Below, piece after piece: positions 19,209-28,179 of a stretch of 64,000 bases of DNA (positions are counted from its first letter, which is position 1; each line of letters begins with the position of its first letter). The position numbers and the translations under genes were made by a program. Source of the DNA: Candidatus Bathyarchaeia archaeon (lineage in GTDB: Archaea > Thermoproteota > Bathyarchaeia > 40CM-2-53-6); contig JBEKVV010000002.1 of assembly GCA_049513715.1 (NCBI GenBank), positions 320,001-384,000 of the forward strand. Reading direction: 5' to 3'. A model generated the notes under the pieces. That model did not search any database, was not told the DNA's origin, and was given only the letters and a program-made list of their open reading frames with translations.

Positions 19209-19595
19209 CTAAGGCCAGACTGTTTTGATTTCTTTCAGTTCTTGGAAATGTGGATCGTCCGTGACACATTTGGCTTGCAACGATTTGCAGGTAGCAGCTA
19301 TCACCCCGTCAGCCATGGGGATCTTGTGACCGTGTCTTAGTTCTGCCGCGGCGACAGCAATTTCAGCGTTTACGTCCAATGTGCGAAATGTGTCAAGGAG
19401 AACTTGCAATCGCATGCGTGCAGTCTCTCGACCCTCCTTCCTTAAGCTTAGAAGGTAGGTTTCATGAATCGTGAGTGTTGATACATAGCGGTCCTTGTTC
19501 TTCGAGACGAAACTCTTCGCTTTCTCGATGAACTCACTGTCTGACGAATAGAAATATTCGGCGAGGAACCGAGTATCAAAAACTAGGTTAGGCAT
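19209..19595 (-). CDS. vapC: PIN-domain (VapC) toxin
   Basis: VFDT, STLTIHE, MADGVIAAT, VTDDPHF. Confidence 0.9.
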   Translation of the reverse strand: MPNLVFDTRFLAEYFYSSDSEFIEKAKSFVSKNKDRYVSTLTIHETYLLSLRKEGRETARMRLQVLLDTFRTLDVNAEIAVAAAELRHGHKIPMADGVIAATCKSLQAKCVTDDPHFQELKEIKTVWP

Positions 19596-19818
19596 CCTCT
19601 TCTCTCATCCTGTCCAGAAGCTCCTTCACCTCTCTGACAGTGGCTTTGCTTGAGCCCGAGCCACCCAAATCAAAGAAAGACAATTTTGGCTTGAAGAGCA
19701 CGCCTTCTCCAGTGTCGATGGCCTCCAGCTTGGATCCTTCGACAATCCGATACTTCTTGCGCAACTCGATCGGAATTGTTGTCTGACCCTTTCTAGTTAC
19801 TACAACCTCTGCCGTCAT
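19588..19818 (-). CDS. AbrB/MazE/SpoVT antitoxin
   Basis: VTRKGQTTIPIELRKKYRIVEG; overlaps the PIN gene. Confidence 0.9.
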   Translation of the reverse strand: MTAEVVVTRKGQTTIPIELRKKYRIVEGSKLEAIDTGEGVLFKPKLSFFDLGGSGSSKATVREVKELLDRMREEDA

Positions 19819-19830
19819 ACTCCATCGTGG

Positions 19831-19860
19831 TAGTACTCAGTTCGGGTACTATATTTGAAT
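19831..19860 (-). promoter_or_regulatory. Putative operator palindrome and TATA box of the AbrB-PIN operon
   Basis: TAGTAC-N9-GTACTA (19831-19851) just upstream of the antitoxin start, adjacent to an AT-rich box. Confidence 0.55.
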
Positions 19861-20038
19861 TTCGAAGGACGACGGGCGATGCAACTCCTACACTCTCCAC
19901 ACGAAGTTGCTGGAGTCGCTTGTGTGTTCTCGGGTTGAAGGATTTGATGGTCTCAAGAGTGTTCGAGGCGGTTGTACGGAAAGCGGAGTATGTGTCCGCA
20001 AGCTGATGGGTCTTGCGTTCTGTGAGTGGCAGAATGTT
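19860..20038 (-). pseudogene. Probable N-terminal remnant of IS200/IS605 TnpB
   Basis: An alternative frame reads NILPLTERKTHQLADTYSAFRTTASNTLETIKSFNPRTHKRLQQL, resembling TnpB N-termini. Confidence 0.45.
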
Positions 20039-20232
20039 CTCTCTTCTTCTATCGGTAGCGGTACCGGTTCGTTATGTTTCTTCAAACTGGCCAGGTAACC
20101 TTGAATCGCGTCCCGGATATTGTTCAAGGCGTCTTTTCTGTTGGCGCCTTGTGAGGTGCATCCTGGGAGGCTGGGACACTGGACGACAAAGTTTCCGTCT
20201 TCATCCTGTTCAATTGTTACCCTGTACCTCAT
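19888..20232 (-). CDS. hicB: HicB family antitoxin; native C-terminus apparently replaced after ...PLPIEEE
   Basis: YRVTIEQDEDG.FVV.CPSLPGC.SQG....AL.NI.DAI..YL. Confidence 0.85.
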   Translation of the reverse strand: MRYRVTIEQDEDGNFVVQCPSLPGCTSQGANRKDALNNIRDAIQGYLASLKKHNEPVPLPIEEERTFCHSQNARPISLRTHTPLSVQPPRTLLRPSNPSTREHTSDSSNFVWRV

Positions 20233-20386
20233 ACGGTAATTCCACCCCGTCCTTACTTCTTCCTCGTGTCGATTCTCCTACCCTTATGTTTTTACGTTGT
20301 GCAGGTTTCAAGGGCAACTCCAACTGAGGCGCTTTGGGAATTCCCATCAGCGAGCGCTTCGTAATATGCATGGTAATTTCTCGAGG

Positions 20387-20680
20387 CTAGCCGCCATGGG
20401 CAATGGGTAAGAAGGCCAATTCGTCCTTTTCGTTCAACTCAGTATCAAGCCCTTTCAAGGAGTTTATTTCGCGGCCGGATACCATGATTAGTGCGTTTGG
20501 GCGGGGGTCAGACGTTTCCTTGTCGACCAGTATTTGCTTTAGGCCCTCGAAGCGTGTTTCTGAGAGAAGCTGAGCAATTACGGTCCTGACCGTGGGCACC
20601 TTCTCAGCCACCTTGAGTTCTAGCTCGTTTGCCTTCGCGGCGGTGCGAAAGACACCGTACAGTTTGAGATGAATGTTCAT
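20387..20680 (-). CDS. MoaD/ThiS family ubiquitin-like protein (SAMP)
   Basis: Beta-grasp pattern ending in FLPIAHGG. Confidence 0.9.
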   Translation of the reverse strand: MNIHLKLYGVFRTAAKANELELKVAEKVPTVRTVIAQLLSETRFEGLKQILVDKETSDPRPNALIMVSGREINSLKGLDTELNEKDELAFLPIAHGG

Positions 20681-20809
20681 CGCGCGGTTGGCCCCGAGGG
20701 TATTGGCGTCGGATGGCAGGATATAGGCTTCACGAAATCGGAGCTGAATCAGATGGCGTCCTTCTTTGGCCGTAATTCATCATTTCTTGTGGGAAGAACT
20801 CTTGATGCC

Positions 20810-21200
20810 GCTCTGTCCCGCATGGGTAAGGAATTGGCTGGCAAGAAGCCGCTTGTGCTAATCACCAATAGTCTACGAACCTATCATAATGCGTGCATGA
20901 AGGAACTGTGGCAAAAACAGAAGCCAATTCCGCAACACATACAGGACATACGATTCGACAAACAAGTTCACAACAACAAGATGGAAAGCATGAAAGGCGA
21001 AATCCGCGACCGAGAAAAGGTCATGTGAGGCCCAAAAAGGAACTGACACACAAATCTTGAAGGGCTACCAAATCTACCACAACTACGTCGGACCACATGA
21101 AGCCCTAGACAGGGAAACGCTCGCCGATAGGTGCGGAACCAAAGTCAAGGGAAAGAACAAATGATTGATGATAGTCCAGAACACGTCAAAAATCGCGTAG
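20810..21200 (+). pseudogene. Degraded DDE transposase (IS6-like archaeal family)
   Basis: KKP..LIT....Y, HNNKME...GEIRDREKVM*G, frameshift, then ILKGYQIYHNYVGPHEAL...KGKNK*L. In-frame stops at 21026 and about 21162. Confidence 0.8.
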
Positions 21201-21320
21201 TTACTTTTTCTTCTCTTTGCCTTTGCCATTCGTTGCCAGTAACTCGAACAATTCGGCGTTATCTGAGACTATCTTTTCCAATAGATCATTAACTGGCTTC
21301 CTCAGTTCGATCTGAGCCAA
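21201..21320 (-). CDS. 39-aa protein, putative antitoxin of the adjacent Doc/Fic protein
   Basis: TTG start after GGTGG; MAQIELRKPVNDLLEKIVSDNAELFELLATNGKGKEKKK; absent from the ORF track. Confidence 0.55.
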   Translation of the reverse strand: MAQIELRKPVNDLLEKIVSDNAELFELLATNGKGKEKKK

Positions 21321-21380
21321 TGCTTCCACCAAACGCGAAAACGGCCACAATCACCATATATGCTTTAGGTGCGATTGTGC

Positions 21381-21770
21381 CTATACCAGATGGCGTTCTA
21401 TCCATTTCTGGACTTCCTGAACCTCTTTCTTGGCGATGTTTTTTACGAAAGAATAGGAGATGTCCGCTCGAACTATGTTCACTGTCATCCCATTCTGGAT
21501 GAGGAAGAGGCTAGTTATTGCGTACGCAGTTCTATGGTTGCCTCCATCGAACGCATGAAGAACGGTTAGGTCCTGCATGAATCGAGCAGCTTGGTAAGTT
21601 AAGCCCATATGCTCTGATTCCTGAATGGCATCAATCTTGGCTTGAATTGCACCTATGGAGCGGAGCAACCTATGTCTGTGCTTGTCACTTCGCATGACAA
21701 TTTTGTTCGATGAAATGACATCTTCGGGCGACGGATACCAAACCATGCTACCCACTCGAGATGGAATCAC
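21381..21770 (-). CDS. Fic/Doc family protein
   Basis: HAFDGGNHRTA followed by FL..NG; Doc-like size. Confidence 0.85.
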   Translation of the reverse strand: MIPSRVGSMVWYPSPEDVISSNKIVMRSDKHRHRLLRSIGAIQAKIDAIQESEHMGLTYQAARFMQDLTVLHAFDGGNHRTAYAITSLFLIQNGMTVNIVRADISYSFVKNIAKKEVQEVQKWIERHLV

Positions 21771-22113
21771 CTAAATGACTAGCGGATATCGTCTCCCGAT
21801 GGGTAACCGTCACAAAAGGTCCCGGCAACTTACCAGAACGCAAAAGGGGTGAAGTAGAACTGCCTCCTTCATGAGGCGCGCCACCTGATATGTCAAACCC
21901 ATATCCTCTACCCTCTTGATCAATGACCATTCGACGGTTTCGTCCATCGCAGGATGTAGGGTTCTCGAAATTGAACCAAAGCCGCTGGTTCCCTCTGTAA
22001 TCAGGCCATTTTTGCGATAAAAACCGTCATTGAGTACGATTGGTGTTTAACATGTAATGTTTACTTAATGTTATGTAATCAGCCCTGCAAAGCCTTGCCG
22101 TCATAGACGGTAG

Positions 22114-24675
22114 ATGTTCCTGATGCGCAAAGCCAGTCTGATAATTCTAGGTTCCATCGTTCTTGTTCTCCTGATAGGCGTGGTGGCGTTGCCTGACCTA
22201 GGTGTTGCGGGGAGTTGGAGGGACATTAATCCAGATGCGTACATCAGCCCTCCAGCTAATCCTCAACTAAACTCCGTTTACATGCTCTCCTCAACCGAAG
22301 GATGGGCCGTCGGAGATTCGCGGCCAAGCGTAAATGCCACAACCGCCCTTCCCGCAATATTCCATTATGATGGTGCTACTTGGAATTTCGTTCCTGCTCC
22401 AAAGTTTCCTGACTTTCCGTCGACTCAGTCACCGTACAATCTGACATCTGTCACTTTCGGGGCGCCAGACAATCCGATCAGCAGGAATGATGGTTGGGCT
22501 GTTGGATACAATACTACGCTCAGCGTGACTTCGCCCGAGACTTGCGGTGGTGGAATATTGCCCCCACTCCCCCACTGTAACTCCGTAGCCCTTCACTGGG
22601 ATGGGGTGACTTGGAAGCCCCAAATTGCAGGATTATCAGGTGTCAGTGCTGGTCCTCTATGGTCAGCCTTTATGGTGAGTTCTTCTGATGTCTGGGCTGT
22701 CGGACAGGATATCGCTGGGACCTCTGGCACAATTTGGCATTGGACAGGGATTCCGGGTCTTGGTGGAGGATGGAACCTTCAGCCGCTAGTCGGAACTCCG
22801 CTATACTCTGTCTTCATGTCGAGTTCTACTGATGGTTGGGCAGTTGGCGCAGGCGGAATAATCTTCCATTATACGGCAGGTGTTTGGGCACCGTTTACCT
22901 CGCCTGTCGCAACGCCTCTGAGATCAGTCTTCATGTTGAGCCCGACAGAAGGCTGGGCAGTTGGTGACGGGGGGGTACTGATCCAGTTTACGACTGGAAT
23001 ATGGACTGGGCCAGTCAGCCCTGGAACGACTGTGAGAAATCTCTTCTCAGTCTTCATGGTCTCTGCCGCTGAGGGTTGGGCTGCAGGCTCTATGGGCACG
23101 ATACTGCATTTCTCCGGAGGGTCGTGGACTGCTCTCTCGCCGAATTTGGTTCCAACCTCACCTGTAACATCTCTTAGCTTCAATTCCCTTTACTTCAATA
23201 GCGCCGCCGACGGATGGAGCGTTGGAACAGACGGCGTCATCCTGCGGTTTGATGGAACAAACTTTGGGACAGTTACGAGTCCCTCAATCAATAACTTCAC
23301 ATCGGTATCCTTTGGTCCACCACTCAGTGGCTCGATTAACCCGAATGATGGCTGGGCCGTAGGAAACTCGTCAGCAACGCCATCATTCGAACCGACAATC
23401 TACCATTGGAACGGGTTCATGTGGACAAAGGGAACTGCGGTGGGGACAATGAACAATCTGAACTCGGTCTTCATGGTGAGTACGAGCGATGCTTGGACCG
23501 TGGGAGGAGGCCCCCATCCAACCGGAACTTGTTCAGCAAACCTCTGTCCCGTGATTATGCACTTCTCTGGAGGTTCCTGGAATACGATCACCCCTCCACC
23601 AGGCTCATACACACTCAGGTCTGTCTTCATGGTAAGCTCGAGTGAGGGTTGGGCTGTTGGTTCCCAAGCCCGCGCGCCAGGATCGCCACCGCCCGGTATC
23701 ATTCTACATTACACGGCGAGTGGTGGTGTTGGATCGTGGGCCATCTTTCCTGCTCCGTCATCTCCTCAACCGATCCCCGCGCTCAATTCCGTATTCATGG
23801 TGAGTCAAAGTGAGGGATGGGCAGTTGGCGACAACGCTACAATTATTCATTATACTGTCACAGGCGGAGTTGGAACTTGGAACGTTGTTGGTGTGAGCGG
23901 AACTCCTACGTTGTCTCAGGATGCAAACTTAACTTCGGTTTTCATGCTAAGTCAGACAAGTGGTTGGGCGGTAGGCGGCATACAGCAACAGGGCTCATTC
24001 TCCGCTGGACCTGTTATGGTCTACTGGGACGGTGCCAAATGGACACAAGTTGCTGTACCAAATGTTCCAGGCGGAATCTCGCCATGGGGTCATACTAGTG
24101 CGACTTTGAAATCTGTTTTCTGCTCGGGCTCGAATGACTGCTGGACAGTCGGTTATCCGGGGAAATTGGTTGCTACAATTATGCACTGGGATGGCGTGGC
24201 TTGGAACCACGTAACCACCACACCAGCCCTTCTCGGTGAAATCCCACCAATCCTAACCTCCATCTACATGATATCTCCAACGAACGGTTGGGTCATGGGA
24301 GCCACTCCTGACTTCAGAAGCCCAATCTACTACGGCGGACCAGGCTTCAAGCAACCGCTCTCAACAATGCTCCAGTTCGTTTCTTCGGGTGGGCAGGCGG
24401 CAACAACGTCAATATCGACAACCATAGTCGTATCTACATTCACATTGTCGACTGGAACAGTGACCACTTCGGTTGTCTCGACCCTCACCTCACTTGGCGG
24501 TGCTCCCACAACAACCACGACAGTGACTGTTGGTGGTTCGCAGTCGAGCAGTGGTGGATCGGTGGGCGGAATTCCGGGCTTCCCGGTAGAGTCGATCATT
24601 GTTGGAGTTATCGTCGGGATATTAGCGTTGGCCATAATTAGGCGGCGAGGTAGGAAGATGCGAGGTGTGATGTGA
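22114..24675 (+). CDS. Secreted beta-propeller-like surface protein with Ser/Thr linker and PGF-like C-terminal anchor
   Basis: Signal peptide, many L.SV.M.S..EGWAVG repeats, C-terminal IPGFPVES + TM + RRRGRK. Confidence 0.85.
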   Translation: MFLMRKASLIILGSIVLVLLIGVVALPDLGVAGSWRDINPDAYISPPANPQLNSVYMLSSTEGWAVGDSRPSVNATTALPAIFHYDGATWNFVPAPKFPDFPSTQSPYNLTSVTFGAPDNPISRNDGWAVGYNTTLSVTSPETCGGGILPPLPHCNSVALHWDGVTWKPQIAGLSGVSAGPLWSAFMVSSSDVWAVGQDIAGTSGTIWHWTGIPGLGGGWNLQPLVGTPLYSVFMSSSTDGWAVGAGGIIFHYTAGVWAPFTSPVATPLRSVFMLSPTEGWAVGDGGVLIQFTTGIWTGPVSPGTTVRNLFSVFMVSAAEGWAAGSMGTILHFSGGSWTALSPNLVPTSPVTSLSFNSLYFNSAADGWSVGTDGVILRFDGTNFGTVTSPSINNFTSVSFGPPLSGSINPNDGWAVGNSSATPSFEPTIYHWNGFMWTKGTAVGTMNNLNSVFMVSTSDAWTVGGGPHPTGTCSANLCPVIMHFSGGSWNTITPPPGSYTLRSVFMVSSSEGWAVGSQARAPGSPPPGIILHYTASGGVGSWAIFPAPSSPQPIPALNSVFMVSQSEGWAVGDNATIIHYTVTGGVGTWNVVGVSGTPTLSQDANLTSVFMLSQTSGWAVGGIQQQGSFSAGPVMVYWDGAKWTQVAVPNVPGGISPWGHTSATLKSVFCSGSNDCWTVGYPGKLVATIMHWDGVAWNHVTTTPALLGEIPPILTSIYMISPTNGWVMGATPDFRSPIYYGGPGFKQPLSTMLQFVSSGGQAATTSISTTIVVSTFTLSTGTVTTSVVSTLTSLGGAPTTTTTVTVGGSQSSSGGSVGGIPGFPVESIIVGVIVGILALAIIRRRGRKMRGVM

Positions 24676-24701
24676 CCGTGCCAGGCCGTAGACTCGAAAG
24701 G

Positions 24702-24848
24702 ATGGCGAACATAACTGCCACTCTTCCCGTCCAATTTCTTGACATGATCGACAAGCTAGTAGACGAAGACAAGGTGCCCTCCCGTTCGTATCTGATTCGT
24801 GAAGCGGTAGGCAACTTCCTAAAGGAAATGGAGAGGACATCAGGTTGA
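24702..24848 (+). CDS. Ribbon-helix-helix (CopG-like) protein, 48 aa
   Basis: MANITATLPVQFLDMIDKLVDEDKVPSRSYLIREAVGNFLKE; absent from the ORF track. Confidence 0.8.
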   Translation: MANITATLPVQFLDMIDKLVDEDKVPSRSYLIREAVGNFLKEMERTSG

Positions 24849-25040
24849 GGTGGAAAGTGTTGATATGTGGCACTAGGCAACACTTAAATAAGCACCAGAA
24901 TACACCACTTGTTAGTGTTCGTAAATTGGCACTGATTCAAGCGAACGGCCTTAACACAAACCAGCTTGCTGCTTCCAAATGCACCGAACAATACATTATT
25001 TACCGCACTGGGATTAATCTGCAGCTAGGAGCTGAGCACG

Positions 25041-27584
25041 TTGAATAGGTCCAGACAGTTAGGTGCACATCGACGCGCAATATTGGGCGCAATTTTCATC
25101 ATCACATCTATTGCGATTGCAAGTATACTTCCTGTCCAGGGCGCGATAAACTTTGGACGATGGCGCGACATTAATCCCGCGCAATATGCCGCGTCGCCTT
25201 TCAGTAATTTGCATGGGACCTACGTCAGGTCAGGCGGGACAGGTTCGATTGGTGCAGGCGATGGGTGGGCCGTCGGCGACAATGGTGTGATTCTTCATTA
25301 TGATGGATTCTCATGGAACTATCTAACTTCCCCCGCCGGGACCACAGTCAACTTCTACGGTGTAAGTTTCGGTGCCCCTGCTGGAGCCCCAAACGCAATC
25401 AACAGTCCGAACGGTGATGGGAGTGACGGATGGATAGTCGGAGGCATTCCGGGGACTGCAAGCGCCGCTGTTGCACTTTACTGGGATGGGTCCGGCCTTA
25501 CACAAGTTAGCAGTTGCATTGGTGAGGTCTTCTACTCCGTTTTCGTAGCTGTTCACTTTGTGCCGGGTTCGCCGTCGACAGCTACCGATGTTCTGTTGGC
25601 GGGGACCGACAATGCTGGACAAGGTGCAATATGGGAACTCACTGGTAGTCCAAAGCTTTCACCAGGCTGCGTCCCGGTTCAAACCTTTGCTGCCACCACA
25701 GCTATGAATTCAATCTACATGTTCAAAGACGGGAGCAGCGTGCAACATGGATTTGCTGTTGGTAACGGCGGGATCATAGCGTGGATACCTCCTAGCGTCG
25801 CCGGCCCATGGTCAGTCCAGGAAGCTCCCGGCGCTGTGACCGCTAATGATCTGTTATCCGTCTTCGTGGACAACGGGAACCCCTTTGACGCTTGGGCAGT
25901 GGGTAAGTTAGGGACCATCCTTTGGTTTGCATCAGGAGTTTGGGCCGCTGTCTCACCCGCGGCTTGCTTGGGTCCCCCTGCTTTCGCATCTGTCGCTCTA
26001 GTAAGTACCAGTGAAGGGTGGATAGTCGGAAGCACGGGAGCGATAGTTCATGGAATAAATCTTGGGTCGGGTAACAATTGGGGCTGCCTCGCTCCGAACG
26101 CTTCACCTACGAACATTAACCTGAACGGCGTAAGTCTCACGGGGAGCGGAAATGGATGGGCCGTCGGCGACCACGGCGTAATACTCCATTATGATGGGTC
26201 GGCATGTTTCGGCGTTAATCCTTGCTGGGGCGCAAGCACCAGTCCAACGGTGACTCCTTCTCTCAACTCCGTCTTCGAAACATCACCCAGCGATGCTTGG
26301 GTCGTAGGATCCTTCGACACGACAGCCGTATTGAGCACAATTCTTCATTGGGACGGCAGCAAGTGGACGAGACCAAACGTGGGGGGTTCCTTCGATCTGT
26401 TCGGAGTTGGCATGGTAAGCTCAAGTGAGGGTTGGGCGGTAGGCAACATACACGCGACCACTAACCCCGCGACTCTTCATTTCACCGGGAATACATGGAC
26501 CCCTCAAGGCGCCCCGGTCTGTGTTTGCACCCTCCTTGCAGTTTCTATGCTCGGTTCAGGTGACGGATGGACGGTTGGAACGGGAGGTACGATTGCCGAA
26601 TTTCATCCCGGACCACCAGCGAATTGGGGTACTGTCTTCAGTCCCACAAGCAACAATCTCAATTCAGTGTTCATGATCGATTCGACTCATGGATGGGCTG
26701 TCGGAGATTCTGGGACTATTCTGACCTACACCACACCAGGGGGATGGACAAAGGTTGCAGACTCCGTGACCCCCTTGCATGGCGTGACTGCAGCGCTCTA
26801 TGGTGTTCAATTCAAAGATTCTCAGCATGGCGCTATCGTTGGAGCATCTGGAACAATACTAACGACGACCGACGGCGGCGCTTCTTGGGCTGGGGGAATG
26901 GGTCAAGTCCCAGGTACGATTACTTTGGAGTCTGTCTTCATTGATGCTTTCTCGCCAGGTGCGGGAAATGGTGACGGTTGGGCAGTGGGCTTCGATACAG
27001 GAACTACCAATGCAGTGTTCGTGCATTGGGACGGAAACGTCTGGAACATTGCCCCACTTTCGCCTCCTCTGAAAGCGGGTGCAGCTACTTTCGGTCAGCA
27101 ACTATTCTCAGTTTACCTTACTTCACCCACCGATGGGTTCGCTGTAGGCCAAGGTCCTGCTGGTGGCATTGGAACTGAGCTAGATGGGATCTTCCACCTA
27201 GACCCACCTAATCCGCCTACCCAAGGTCAGACCACTGTTAGTACCTCAGTTGTAACCGTCACAAGTTCTCCCACGTCAACTACGTCGGCCGCGTCGTCTA
27301 GTACCAGTTCTAGCATTAGCAGTAGTAGCAGTTCAAGTACGCCTGTGACCGTTCCTACATCCACTGTGACTACGGCTGTCACTTCGGTCGTAACTTCAGT
27401 TCGGACTTCAATTGGTGCAACCACTTCTCCACCGACCACATCTAGCTTATCATCCTCAACCTTCGCGCCACCTCAACAGCTACCAGCCATACCCGGATTT
27501 CCATGGGAATCAATAATCATCGGAGTAATTGTAGGCCTGACGATACTTGGAATAGCCAGACGCCGCAGACGCGAGCAAGACTAG
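25041..27584 (+). CDS. Second beta-propeller-like surface protein (paralog), PGF-like anchor
   Basis: Shares N-terminal WRDINP and the GWAVG repeats; Ser/Thr tail; IPGFPWES + TM + RRRRR. Confidence 0.85.
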   Translation: MNRSRQLGAHRRAILGAIFIITSIAIASILPVQGAINFGRWRDINPAQYAASPFSNLHGTYVRSGGTGSIGAGDGWAVGDNGVILHYDGFSWNYLTSPAGTTVNFYGVSFGAPAGAPNAINSPNGDGSDGWIVGGIPGTASAAVALYWDGSGLTQVSSCIGEVFYSVFVAVHFVPGSPSTATDVLLAGTDNAGQGAIWELTGSPKLSPGCVPVQTFAATTAMNSIYMFKDGSSVQHGFAVGNGGIIAWIPPSVAGPWSVQEAPGAVTANDLLSVFVDNGNPFDAWAVGKLGTILWFASGVWAAVSPAACLGPPAFASVALVSTSEGWIVGSTGAIVHGINLGSGNNWGCLAPNASPTNINLNGVSLTGSGNGWAVGDHGVILHYDGSACFGVNPCWGASTSPTVTPSLNSVFETSPSDAWVVGSFDTTAVLSTILHWDGSKWTRPNVGGSFDLFGVGMVSSSEGWAVGNIHATTNPATLHFTGNTWTPQGAPVCVCTLLAVSMLGSGDGWTVGTGGTIAEFHPGPPANWGTVFSPTSNNLNSVFMIDSTHGWAVGDSGTILTYTTPGGWTKVADSVTPLHGVTAALYGVQFKDSQHGAIVGASGTILTTTDGGASWAGGMGQVPGTITLESVFIDAFSPGAGNGDGWAVGFDTGTTNAVFVHWDGNVWNIAPLSPPLKAGAATFGQQLFSVYLTSPTDGFAVGQGPAGGIGTELDGIFHLDPPNPPTQGQTTVSTSVVTVTSSPTSTTSAASSSTSSSISSSSSSSTPVTVPTSTVTTAVTSVVTSVRTSIGATTSPPTTSSLSSSTFAPPQQLPAIPGFPWESIIIGVIVGLTILGIARRRRREQD

Positions 27585-27599
27585 GCCCGCTCAACCCAA

Positions 27600-27960
27600 G
27601 GGCAGAAGCACAGCATTCAACAACCCACGATCCAAAGAATCAAGCACGACCAACAATACCCACAACCACTTCACGCTACCAACCAAGCGTGAACTCTACC
27701 CTGTTAGTCGACCTAGCAATCTAATCATCCGATGAGGCACAAAACGCCGATCGCTGCATGCCCCTCAAAGGGGATTGAGTACAACAAGCGCCATTGGTAC
27801 CGTTGGTCGAGTAACACCGTGGTTACAGACCCTGCGGTTAGCCACGCGGCCAACATTGTCGCTGCTTGTGGATTGTACTTGGCGAGAAACGTGCCGCCGA
27901 GAATTGTGAGCATTAAAGGCCACGGGTATGAGAGTGTTGCCCCAACGTGCTTTTGCAGAG
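27600..27960 (-). pseudogene. Fragment of a polytopic membrane protein
   Basis: Hydrophobic fragment ...YQWRLLYSIPFEGHAAIGV with stops and no full gene. Confidence 0.35.
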
Positions 27961-28179
27961 TGAGGGGACCCAGGTACGATCAAGCGAATTTGTCCTTTTC
28001 GTAGGAGGTCGTTATCTGGTGCGCTTATAGTCAATAATGCTGATACACGAAAAAGTGTCGAGCCATGTAAACATTAAAGGGGCATAGTCGCTGCGCATGC
28101 GGCTCGGCTTTAAATACCCGCAATGAAGAATTTCAGCCCCTTGAATGTTTAGGTTCAAACCGGAGCGGATCTGAGCCAA

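Noticed and set aside
21026..21028. In-frame TGA as selenocysteine or recoding
   Set aside because: It lies in a transposase remnant with an additional frameshift and stop, consistent with ordinary decay.
21748..21930. 60-aa ORF upstream of the Doc-like gene as its antitoxin
   Set aside because: It has no antitoxin-like features; the downstream 39-aa ORF is the better candidate.
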